Shown: piece by piece, positions 47,701 to 56,041 of the stretch | How the letters are laid out: every line of letters begins with the position of its first letter | How positions within the stretch are numbered: the first letter of the stretch is position 1 | Source of the DNA: a virus | Length of the DNA stretch: 64,000 nucleotides | Reading direction: 5' to 3' (one strand) | Virus record (IMG/VR): IMGVR_UViG_3300034782_000062 | Location: 96,001-160,000 of that record | Notes under the pieces: model-generated | The model's database searches: none | What the model saw: the letters and a program-made list of their open reading frames with translations, nothing else | Told to the model about the DNA's origin: nothing | Program-made: the position numbers and the translations under genes

Positions 47701-48365
47701 TTAGTCCGGGACTTCCACGTCGGGCCGCTCATTGGACTGGCCGTCGAGTTGGGCCGGGGCACAATGGACCGCAGAGTTACGTCTCGTCCCGCCAAGGCAG
47801 CCGCGGTTCGTCACCGAACTCCATGCGACAGTTTGGGAGTCCGGGGACGGCAACGGATCGGCAGCCATGTCGCCGAGGGGCTTGCGATGCAGGGCACTGC
47901 AGGGGCATTCAGGTGCGCACCCTGGCAGCGATGCTGCGGAGGGGTGGGTCATTGAATGCTGGGCACTGCCGCCGCGCTGCGGGCCGTATCCTGGATAGGC
48001 AGGCGCCCCCCGGACTGGGGAGCCTTGACCTCCAATGGCGCTCTCAGGAGAGAAACGCCGTGGCAGCCGTGCTGATCCAAGGAGCGGAGCGCTTCGGAGA
48101 GGTGGGTCCGTCATGTCCATGGATTCGCTTAGGGAAGGACCGGCAGCAGCGTCTTGGTGACGAGTGGATTGTTCTGCTCGGCCCAAGCAAACATTGTCGC
48201 GGCAGCCATGTCCAGGTCCGTCACGTTTCGTCTTGCTTCTCAAAGCAATGGGGAGAGCGGGCGGGTCGGCGCCAGGCAGCAGCGGGTTGGGGTGCACAGC
48301 CGCGCCGCTGAGGGGAGTACCTCGGAGATCTACGGATAGGCAGTCACGACCTGGCGATATAGGAG
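44724..48365 (+). ncRNA. Main non-coding pentamer-repeat array (~56 units), putative guide-RNA array
   Basis: GGCAG recurs about every 49-84 nt; 43 of 55 intervals equal 5n+4; units parse as GGCA followed by G-led pentamers; no credible ORF. Confidence 0.85.
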
Positions 48366-48399
48366 TGGCTTGAAAACATCTTGAGGATGGAGGGTTTTT

Positions 48400-48621
48400 G
48401 TGGGTAGAGGAACAACGAAAAAGGCTCTCAAACAGATCGAGAGCTTCAACAAGAAAAATCCGGTCGGAACGCCGGTGCGCTACTGGCCTGGTGTCAAGCA
48501 GGGCGCCGGTGTCGAGTCCAAGACGAGGTCCGAGGCATGGGACCTCTGCGGTAGCCCGTCGGTCATGGTCGAGGGCTACAGCGGTGGCATCGCTTTGACG
48601 CATGTCGAAGTTATGCAGTAA
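48400..48621 (+). CDS. Small phage protein
   Basis: PVGTPVRYWP..TRSEAW..VMVEGYSGGIAL; GGAGG RBS; GTG start. Confidence 0.6.
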   Translation: MGRGTTKKALKQIESFNKKNPVGTPVRYWPGVKQGAGVESKTRSEAWDLCGSPSVMVEGYSGGIALTHVEVMQ

Positions 48622-48630
48622 GACAACGAT

Positions 48631-49098
48631 ATGCCTCGAAAAAAGAAGCCAGCGATCTATCTCTCTAACTGGTCGAGCCACAGGACCAAGGGACACCACG
48701 GTCCCGGCCGAAAATTCAGCATCATGGTCCGGACATCGAGGTTTGCGAAGCCCGATGGAAAAGTTCCGGTTCTCGTCCCATTGTCGAAAGACCTGTGGGA
48801 GCTGAAAGGCGAAACCATTACGGTCGATGAGTATCGAGAGCGATACTTCAAGCACGTTCTTCAAAAAAAGGATGAGCTGGCGCCCGGAAAGCTGCTCTGG
48901 AATCCCTTTAACTTCTTTAAGGAGAAGGATCGCAAGCCTGTCGAGGACGGCGACACGCTCTGCTGCGTCTGCTCTCGCGAGCAGGCGGCAAGGGGAGAGT
49001 GTCACCGGGTCTGGGTGGCCGTAATGCTTCAGGAAGCCGGATGGAAAGTCATCCTGGACGGAAAAGAAATTCCACCTCCAAGACCAGATTCTGGTTGA
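48631..49098 (+). CDS. DUF488-like protein
   Basis: LVPLSKDLW..DEYRERYF..TLCC..CHRVWVA pattern. Confidence 0.55.
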   Translation: MPRKKKPAIYLSNWSSHRTKGHHGPGRKFSIMVRTSRFAKPDGKVPVLVPLSKDLWELKGETITVDEYRERYFKHVLQKKDELAPGKLLWNPFNFFKEKDRKPVEDGDTLCCVCSREQAARGECHRVWVAVMLQEAGWKVILDGKEIPPPRPDSG

Positions 49099-49131
49099 CC
49101 TGCCCCCTCCCAAAAAGTAACATATGCAACC
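49095..49131 (+). promoter_or_regulatory. Promoter with overlapping palindromic operator
   Basis: TTGACC-17 nt-TAACAT; AGTAACATATGCAACC at 49116-49131, directly before the ATG at 49132. Confidence 0.65.
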
Positions 49132-49410
49132 ATGCCGAAGAACCCGCACAACTCGTTGGTTGCTCTCGATCCACCAAGAAAACATCCACCTCGCAGGTGG
49201 CGGTGTCGATATTGCGGCATCGAGGGAACCTATGACGAGGTCGAAGCCATCGAGTGCAGTTACGAATATCCACCCTGCGAATTCTGCGGACAGACGCCGA
49301 CCTGCGCGCTTGACTGTCCAGGCATTGCTTTGGCGCTCTCGGGAGCGTTGACACCCGAGGTCGACCTTCACGTCGTTGGCTCGGTCGATCCGGAGGGCGA
49401 GACAAACTGA
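49132..49410 (+). CDS. Small zinc-binding protein
   Basis: CRYC, CEFC and further cysteines. Confidence 0.6.
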   Translation: MPKNPHNSLVALDPPRKHPPRRWRCRYCGIEGTYDEVEAIECSYEYPPCEFCGQTPTCALDCPGIALALSGALTPEVDLHVVGSVDPEGETN

Positions 49411-49417
49411 GGGGGAG

Positions 49418-50839
49418 ATGTCCAGGAAGAAAAAAAAGAAGAAGCGCGTGACGGGAGTGCCCAAGCGCACCAAGAAGCCCGACCACGTCTTCCCGATGAA
49501 GCTGGATATTCCCGACGACATTATCGAGGAGCTGGGTCCAGATCGGGAGCTTGGTGTTCACCTGGTTCGTGAAAAGGGCGAGCTACGAATGAAGCCAAAT
49601 CCTGAGGATGAAGACATCTGGGAGAAGCTTCTTCGGCACAAAGATTTCGACGTCAGCAGCCTCGTCGTCGATGAGAGCCAAATTACCCTTGTTGACAAGG
49701 TCACGGGCGAGCCCATCAAGGCTTCTCCCGGCCGAGCGGCTGTCGACTCGTGCATGTTCCTGATGAGCTGGCTGCGCAAGAATTCGCAGACAGAGATGAG
49801 GCACGTCAATCACGACAAGGAGTGGTTCGATCTGCTTGCTCACTGGCGGGCGCTGTGGGCTACCATGCAGCTCGCTCGTGTCATAGAATTCCCGCTCTCG
49901 TCATGGTGGCGTCTTGAGGAGCAGCTCGAAGCCACGCTCTGGACGCCCTTCGTCAAACAGGAAGGTGAAGACGCTTTCCATTCCTATCTCCAAACGTTCT
50001 ATCGGCGCCCAGAGTGCGTGCCACCGGAAAAGGTGCCGTTCAATGTTATGTGGATCGGTATTGAGCGTGGCGTCGACATGAAACGACACGACTCGACGTG
50101 GCTCAAGCGCATCTATCAAGAAAAGGTCTTCCACGACGTCGAAGACGATATCATTCTGCTGGGCTACCACGTTCAGTACAACAGCCCCGATAAATATGAC
50201 GAGAGATCAGCGTCGTTCATTATCCAGGAGCTGTACTACATCGAGAAGAACGGCAAGGTCGCGATCATCCCGAAGGTATTCATCTACAACTTTGCCGAGA
50301 AGCGATGGAACATCACGGAGGACGGTCCAGGGATGCTCATCGTCCAGATGATCATCGACATCATCAATGATCACAAGCGCTTTATCGTCGAGAAGGGGAA
50401 GGGTAAGAAGTCCCAGAAGGCTCTTCGCAAGGCGAGCAAGAAGGCAGGGAGCATTGGCTACGTGCCGGCACCCTACTACGTCGTTCGTCTGAAGGATGAA
50501 TTGGTCGAGGACATAGCTCGCGACGAGCATGGCTCCCGGCCTCGGTTCCTGAGCCACCGCTACGACCGTCGTGGTCACGAACGTTGTTACGTTCGTCGCG
50601 GGCCACTTCCGCTCGACCCGGAGCTGTACGCGAAGCTTCAGAAGGCCGGATACAAGATCTTCACGACGGCTGACCCGGACGCCGAGACCTATCGTCGGCT
50701 GATGCGCCGGCAGATGAAGCCCAAGTCTCACGATGAATGGCTGGCGATCCTGACGAAGTGGATCGAGGCGACGGTCTGCGGCGATGAGTCACTGCCCTAC
50801 GTGCCAGCGGTGCGAGTACCGACCAAGCTGGCCGGATAG
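49418..50839 (+). CDS. Hypothetical phage protein with C-terminal RRGHER motif
   Basis: GGGGGAG RBS; basic N-terminus; HRYDRRGHER..WIE tail. Confidence 0.65.
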   Translation: MSRKKKKKKRVTGVPKRTKKPDHVFPMKLDIPDDIIEELGPDRELGVHLVREKGELRMKPNPEDEDIWEKLLRHKDFDVSSLVVDESQITLVDKVTGEPIKASPGRAAVDSCMFLMSWLRKNSQTEMRHVNHDKEWFDLLAHWRALWATMQLARVIEFPLSSWWRLEEQLEATLWTPFVKQEGEDAFHSYLQTFYRRPECVPPEKVPFNVMWIGIERGVDMKRHDSTWLKRIYQEKVFHDVEDDIILLGYHVQYNSPDKYDERSASFIIQELYYIEKNGKVAIIPKVFIYNFAEKRWNITEDGPGMLIVQMIIDIINDHKRFIVEKGKGKKSQKALRKASKKAGSIGYVPAPYYVVRLKDELVEDIARDEHGSRPRFLSHRYDRRGHERCYVRRGPLPLDPELYAKLQKAGYKIFTTADPDAETYRRLMRRQMKPKSHDEWLAILTKWIEATVCGDESLPYVPAVRVPTKLAG

Positions 50840-50848
50840 AGAGGTTCG

Positions 50849-51382
50849 ATGCCCGCGTTGTGCTACGGAGCACCTCCGTTCAATTGTCCCGGCACCAGCG
50901 ATGACGACCACTGCCCGAAGTGCGGCCAGTGTCGTCATCATGTTCTTGTCGGAGGCGGAGACTCGCTCGTCAAGGCGTTCATCGACGGGCTGTACATGCG
51001 CGATCCCAGCTCGATGGACCCGGAGAACTTCGGGAACCGCGAGTACAAGGGTGCCTGCGAGGAGTGCGGCCGACCGATCTACTCTGGGTGGATGAAGGTC
51101 TACCTCGATGATGAACGCGAGGCACCAGAGGGCTGGTTCAGGGTGCACTGGCCCGAGGAGGCGATTGTTCTGCTTGAGCGGGGGCTCGTTGCGCACATCA
51201 GCCTCGATCATGACTTGGGAGACGACGAACACGGTACCGGGTATGACGTGATCCTCTGGTTGGAGGAGGCTGTCGCGACCCGCGGTTTCGAGCCTCCAGA
51301 GATATCGATTCACACGGCGAATCCGTCGGCTCGAAAGCGTATGGAGGCTGGAGCTGAGAGGATTCGGAGGTTGGCAGAATGA
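50849..51382 (+). CDS. Cyclic-phosphate-processing receiver-like domain (cREC) with N-terminal zinc-binding region
   Basis: MKVYLDDERE..ISLDHDLG..GTGYDV..W.E..HTANP. Confidence 0.75.
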   Translation: MPALCYGAPPFNCPGTSDDDHCPKCGQCRHHVLVGGGDSLVKAFIDGLYMRDPSSMDPENFGNREYKGACEECGRPIYSGWMKVYLDDEREAPEGWFRVHWPEEAIVLLERGLVAHISLDHDLGDDEHGTGYDVILWLEEAVATRGFEPPEISIHTANPSARKRMEAGAERIRRLAE

Positions 51383-52029
51383 AGGACTACCCTTCGATTC
51401 CATACATAGCCGACGGCCTCCCTTCTGGCGAGTTTTGGTACGTCTTCGATAAGCTCGACGGCTCGAATATCCGGGCCGAGTGGAGCCGTAAGAAAAAAGG
51501 TGGCAAGGCGACATGGCGCTTCGGTCGTCGCCACGGACTGCTCGACGACACCAACGAGTTTTTACCCGAGGCTCAGGATCTGATCCGTAAACAGTGCTGC
51601 GGCATCCTGGAGAAGCTGTTCTGGGACCGCATGTGGGAGCGCGCCACGGCATTTTTCGAGTTCCGAGGCGAAAACTCCTTCGCCGGTCATCATCAGAACG
51701 AGGAGCATACGGTCACGCTGATCGACGTAGCCGTCTACAAGAAGGGGTTGCTGGAACCCGGCAAGCTCATCAAGATGTTCGGTGACCTGCCATTGCCCGG
51801 AATACTGTTTCGTGGCCAGCTCGACGAGGACGATGAGCGAGAGCTTATCGAACGCATTCACGCGGACGAACTCGAAGGGGTCACCTCCGAGGGCGTCGTC
51901 TTCAAGTCGGCCCGCTTCGAGCGCAAGCTGGGCCACCCGCTGATGTTCAAGGTCAAGACTGAGGCGTGGAAGCAGCGACTCAAAGAGTTCGTCGGTGGCG
52001 ATGAGTATAAGTTCAAGAAGCTGCTCTGA
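51379..52029 (+). CDS. RNA ligase-like nucleotidyltransferase
   Basis: DKLDGSN (KxDG motif I), FFEF (III), EGVVFK (IV), FKVK (V). Confidence 0.75.
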   Translation: MKDYPSIPYIADGLPSGEFWYVFDKLDGSNIRAEWSRKKKGGKATWRFGRRHGLLDDTNEFLPEAQDLIRKQCCGILEKLFWDRMWERATAFFEFRGENSFAGHHQNEEHTVTLIDVAVYKKGLLEPGKLIKMFGDLPLPGILFRGQLDEDDERELIERIHADELEGVTSEGVVFKSARFERKLGHPLMFKVKTEAWKQRLKEFVGGDEYKFKKLL

Positions 52030-52036
52030 GGGCGTG

Positions 52037-52435
52037 ATGGAAGAGGAATCCAAAGCAATTGTCGCTGAATGTGAAGAGTGTGACATCCTCGGAAGCGAGG
52101 TCGAACGACTGACGGCTGAGCTGGAGAGAGTACCCGAGAAACCGAAGTCGAACGGCAGGCCCCGGCCCATCAAAAAGCTGTTCGAGTGGTTTTTTGGCCC
52201 GCTGGTTTACGACGGTCCTCGGGACTGTGGTCACTGCAAGTTCTGGAAGCCTCCTCGGAAGCTGAGGGACTGGTACTGGGATAATGATAATCACAAGAAG
52301 GTCTGGTACGACTGCAAAGGCGACTGCAAGCTCATCTTCGGAGAAAAAGACACCACCAAGAGTGACGACTGTCACCGATTCACACCGAGGCGAAGGTACA
52401 TGCGCCGCATCATGCCCTGGAAGTCGGAGGCTTAG
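52037..52435 (+). CDS. Hypothetical Cys-containing protein
   Basis: CxxC motifs; operon context. Confidence 0.5.
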   Translation: MEEESKAIVAECEECDILGSEVERLTAELERVPEKPKSNGRPRPIKKLFEWFFGPLVYDGPRDCGHCKFWKPPRKLRDWYWDNDNHKKVWYDCKGDCKLIFGEKDTTKSDDCHRFTPRRRYMRRIMPWKSEA

Positions 52436-52437
52436 TA

Positions 52438-52830
52438 ATGAGACACGCAGACCCACAACACTACCCCGAGGAAATTCGTGAGTGCTGGGCCGTTCATCAG
52501 GCGCTCAGGTCACTTGGTTTTTCTCCAGACGATATATACGTTGCTCTCGGCGCTGATGCTCGTAATCCTGAATTCGCGGCGGCGCTGTTTGTCGTTCTGA
52601 AGGCCCAGGGCAAGGAATTCATCGTTACCCTCGCTGGATATGAGAGCGAGGAGCGGGCAGAGGCAATGCTAGGTAAGTGGACAGAGTTCGTTACGCTATG
52701 GAAAGACGAAGTATTCGACGATGATGTGATGGGTAGAATCTACGAGAAGTCGAACGTCATTCAGAACAAGGTCGAGTTCGTCATCGCCTTGCACAACAAG
52801 GGTATCCGACCCACCGAAGAGTGGTCGTGA
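52438..52830 (+). CDS. Hypothetical protein
   Basis: GGAGG RBS; contiguous operon. Confidence 0.55.
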   Translation: MRHADPQHYPEEIRECWAVHQALRSLGFSPDDIYVALGADARNPEFAAALFVVLKAQGKEFIVTLAGYESEERAEAMLGKWTEFVTLWKDEVFDDDVMGRIYEKSNVIQNKVEFVIALHNKGIRPTEEWS

Positions 52831-53093
52831 TGACCAAGAACATCCACGTCGACACCGACGAGAAAGCGCCAGAGGGTTGGTCAGAGGCGAAGAAGGCCCT
52901 CGCCGTCGTCAAATACTGGTTTAGCTGGTCCGAGGCGACGAGAGGGGAGCTGATCCGCACACTGGAGTGCCAACCGAACTACTGGTGCGATCCTGTTCTC
53001 GGCATCAACGTAGCGGTTCTGAAGAGTCTTCAGGATGTCGACTTGGAGAAGCTTGCCGTGGAGCTGGAACCGATACTGGAGGAGTCTCCATGA
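52830..53093 (+). CDS. Hypothetical protein
   Basis: TGATG/ATGA coupling on both sides. Confidence 0.5.
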   Translation: MTKNIHVDTDEKAPEGWSEAKKALAVVKYWFSWSEATRGELIRTLECQPNYWCDPVLGINVAVLKSLQDVDLEKLAVELEPILEESP

Positions 53094-53632
53094 CGGTCTA
53101 TCATCGCGTCTTCGGCGGGGGCTACCTTTTCTACAAGGATGAGGACCAGCGGTCGGTTCCGCGCCCGGTGCAACCCGAGATGGATTTTTTCGAGCCTGTC
53201 GAAGGCGTTGACGATCCGCGCGTCTGCATGACATCTGCGATCCCAGGAATTCTTGCCGAGGAGAAGCTGCTCGTTGCCCGTGTTGTTAGGGTCGAAATTC
53301 AAGATACGTACAACGTTCTCGGCCCTGATGCCATCAGGCACTTCGACTTCGCTCTGATGCTCGGGAATGATGAGCTGTGGCGAGCTGGCACGTACATACT
53401 TCACGCGGTGCGTGACGGTAGAACGCTCTGGACGAGAGAAGTCTTCTTTGATGGCTACGAAGCTATCAACATAGGCCCGATAAAGGGAGAGGGGCCACTC
53501 AGGATGATCGTTCGTCCTGACGACTTTATGCTCGAAAAGCTACGTAGCCTGGAAACTGAAGCAGATGGGTCCGGTACAAGGCTCTTTCTGGTCAGTGTTC
53601 TGCTGGACTGCGCGACAGATGTGAGGGATTGA
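53090..53632 (+). CDS. Hypothetical protein
   Basis: GGAGG RBS; ATGA overlap. Confidence 0.5.
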   Translation: MTVYHRVFGGGYLFYKDEDQRSVPRPVQPEMDFFEPVEGVDDPRVCMTSAIPGILAEEKLLVARVVRVEIQDTYNVLGPDAIRHFDFALMLGNDELWRAGTYILHAVRDGRTLWTREVFFDGYEAINIGPIKGEGPLRMIVRPDDFMLEKLRSLETEADGSGTRLFLVSVLLDCATDVRD

Positions 53633-53841
53633 TGACGAGATTTACAAAAAGAAAGCGTCTCGTCGAGGTCAAGGTCTTTGCCGTGGATGAAACTCTGCTG
53701 GCGCTCCGCGTCTCTAACGGTACAGTGACGAGATGGGTGCCGAAGTCGCTGATCGGCGATACCAGCGAGGTTAAGCACGTAGGCGACGAGGGGATGCTCC
53801 TCATTCCCGAGTTCAAGGCGAAAGACAAGGGCCTCATTTGA
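53629..53841 (+). CDS. Small beta-rich hypothetical protein
   Basis: ETLLAL..WVPKSLI motif; coupled to neighbours. Confidence 0.55.
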   Translation: MMTRFTKRKRLVEVKVFAVDETLLALRVSNGTVTRWVPKSLIGDTSEVKHVGDEGMLLIPEFKAKDKGLI

Positions 53842-54689
53842 AACAGGGCAGCGGTGGGGTGGCGGCGATGATGTTGGAGCCTGTCTTTGAGACGCAGCTC
53901 GGAAAGCTGTTTCGAGCGGACTGCGTTAAGCTGATGCCCTTTTGGGTTGAGGATGGGGAGGAGTTCGACCTCATCTTCGTCGATCCTCCATTTAACCTGG
54001 AGAAGCAGTACGGCAGGCACGTCAACGATGGCGTTCCCGAGCGCGACTATGTGAAGTGGATGCACCTATGGTTGATGCAGTGTAGCTCGCTGCTCACACC
54101 TGGTGGCTCGCTCATGATCTACAATCTTCCTAAGTGGAACATCATGGCCGCGTCGTTCCTAATGGGCAGCAACGCCGAACTCGATTTCATCGACTGGATC
54201 TCGGTGCGAGTCACCCAGGGCTTTCCCCGCGCTAAGGGTCTCTATCGCGCGCACTACGGCATCATCCACTTCTCGAAGGGCAAGCCGCGCGTGCTCAACA
54301 AGGTGCGGATGCCTATCGAGGTGTGCCGCCACTGCAAGAAGGATCTTCGAGACTACGGCGGTCACCGAGGTAAGATGAAGGAGGGCGTCACGGTCTCCGA
54401 TATCTGGACCGATGTCCCAACGGTGCGGCATCCCAAGTACAAGGCCGAGGGCTGGAGCGGACCCCAGCTCAGTACAAAGCTCATTCGCCGGTGTCTTCTT
54501 CTGGCGACGAATCCTGGTGACAGGGTCCTCGATCCCATGGCTGGTAGCGGAACGATGCCTGCTGTCTGTGAATCCGAGGAGCGCCAGTGGTTCGCCATCG
54601 AGAAAGGTGACACCGACCTCATAAAGAAACGGCTCGAAAAGCCAATAGCTTTTCATGACAGCAAGGATTGGGTCGATGAAAAGGGGTAA
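53838..54689 (+). CDS. Beta-class N4/N6 DNA methyltransferase
   Basis: DLIFVDPPFN (motif IV) before VLDPMAGSGT (motif I); start may be ~30 nt downstream. Confidence 0.9.
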   Translation: MKQGSGGVAAMMLEPVFETQLGKLFRADCVKLMPFWVEDGEEFDLIFVDPPFNLEKQYGRHVNDGVPERDYVKWMHLWLMQCSSLLTPGGSLMIYNLPKWNIMAASFLMGSNAELDFIDWISVRVTQGFPRAKGLYRAHYGIIHFSKGKPRVLNKVRMPIEVCRHCKKDLRDYGGHRGKMKEGVTVSDIWTDVPTVRHPKYKAEGWSGPQLSTKLIRRCLLLATNPGDRVLDPMAGSGTMPAVCESEERQWFAIEKGDTDLIKKRLEKPIAFHDSKDWVDEKG

Positions 54690-55362
54690 GTTCATAGTCC
54701 TCGAAGGGATTGACGGATCCGGAACCACAACAGTCGCTCAACGGTTATACGGCTACATGCAGGTATCTGTCGAAAGTGGAAAATATCCGGGAGTTGCTTC
54801 AGAACATCAGCCGACGGAGCGACCATGCGGAAAGCTTATTCGTAAGATTCTGAGAGGGATCATTCCTTGTGATGGTCAGGGTGGCTGGAAGCCACCGGCT
54901 GAGACGATGGCCCTTTTGTTTGTGGCCGATCGAATGGACCATATCGCTCACGTCATCGAGCCTGCTCTGGCCAAAGGGAAGTGGGTGTTGTGCGATCGCT
55001 ACATGTATTCGACATTGGCCTACCAGTCGTTGACCTCTGACCACGTCGATAAGGAGTCATTTCTCAAGTGGCTGATGAAGCTCCACAGTTATGCCATCGA
55101 ACCCGACCTGGTCCTGGTTCTCAACGTTGATTGTGACGAGGCAGCGAATCGGCGCGAGTGCCGTCATAAGATGAAAGAAATCTACGAGCTGGACGAGCTT
55201 CAAGTACGGCTCGCCGAGTTCTATCGCCGGCTTCCGAAGATGGGCGGCTCGTCCTATGTCGCGCCTGGCAAGCACTTTGTTCACATAGATGCAAACCATC
55301 CTGAGGATGAGGTGTTTGAGGCGTGCGTCGCCGCCATCGAAGACAACCTTAGATCCTTCTGA
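54676..55362 (+). CDS. tmk: Thymidylate kinase
   Basis: FIVLEGIDGSGTTT, LLFVADR..H, VLCDRY..STLAYQ, PDLVLVL. Confidence 0.85.
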   Translation: MKRGKFIVLEGIDGSGTTTVAQRLYGYMQVSVESGKYPGVASEHQPTERPCGKLIRKILRGIIPCDGQGGWKPPAETMALLFVADRMDHIAHVIEPALAKGKWVLCDRYMYSTLAYQSLTSDHVDKESFLKWLMKLHSYAIEPDLVLVLNVDCDEAANRRECRHKMKEIYELDELQVRLAEFYRRLPKMGGSSYVAPGKHFVHIDANHPEDEVFEACVAAIEDNLRSF

Positions 55363-55979
55363 TGGGCAATAAAAAGCGCAAGCGCAAGCCGCTTACCCCC
55401 GCGGCTCTCAAGGACAAGCTGAAGCGGATGCTGGACAGCTACGGTTTTACCCGTGAGGGGCTTTCGGGCTGCGACGAGCGGCAATTCTCTTGGGTGTTCG
55501 CCAGTCTGGAGGAAGCCTTCAATCTCGCGCTCATGGATAAGTGGGACGAGGTCCGCAAGAAGCTGGAATTCATTGCGAAGTTCTCGAAGGGCGAGGTCGA
55601 GTTGGTACTTGATGCCGAGGTCGCAGACTGGGTCAGCGAATACCTACCCAAGATCCTTCCTCCCCACTGGCAGGTGCTCGATACGAACCTCAACGGCGCC
55701 CGGTATCAGTCCGTCAGGGGGCAGCGAGTCATCCTCTCCGGCGATCGCGAGGAGGACGGCCGGCGCTGGATGCACCTGTCGACGTCGTTCCAGGATCGTC
55801 TTCCCACCTGGGAAGAGCTTCGGGACGTCAAAGAGCTTTTCCTGGGCGATAGAACCGCCCTCCAAGTGCTTCCAAAGAAAGAAAATTACGTAAACGTTCA
55901 TCCCTACGTGCTGCATCTTTGGGTCTGCCTCGACGAGGAGGTTATCCCCGACTTTACCCGCGGCGCCGGAACAATCTGA
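55362..55979 (+). CDS. Conserved phage protein
   Basis: WMHLSTS..RLPTWEEL..YVNVHPYVLHLW domain that I recall as common in phages. Confidence 0.65.
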   Translation: MGNKKRKRKPLTPAALKDKLKRMLDSYGFTREGLSGCDERQFSWVFASLEEAFNLALMDKWDEVRKKLEFIAKFSKGEVELVLDAEVADWVSEYLPKILPPHWQVLDTNLNGARYQSVRGQRVILSGDREEDGRRWMHLSTSFQDRLPTWEELRDVKELFLGDRTALQVLPKKENYVNVHPYVLHLWVCLDEEVIPDFTRGAGTI

Positions 55980-56041
55980 AGAATATATTCTCTGTTCATC
56001 CTCGGTGTTAAGAGGTTATTATCGTCCGTTGGGGCGAATTT

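Noticed and set aside
44322-48365. Calling the array a CRISPR array
   Set aside because: No 23-50-bp direct repeats; the only invariant element is 4-5 nt; no cas1/cas2/cas6 in the window
44322-48365. Calling the array a TIGR array
   Set aside because: No box C/D-like motifs, no ~36-nt unit, and no Nop-domain protein adjacent
44724-48365. Identifying array targets within the window
   Set aside because: A gapped-pattern search cannot be done reliably by eye; I saw no contiguous match of any unit elsewhere in the window, so no target is claimed
44178-48373. Many 60-300-aa ORFs on both strands across the array, including 47412-48311 and the 606-aa 47701-49521 minus-strand ORF
   Set aside because: Arg/Gly/Ala/Ser-biased with no RBS or domain motifs, overlapping in several frames; they are explained by stop-poor, G-rich period-5 DNA or are shadows of real plus-strand genes
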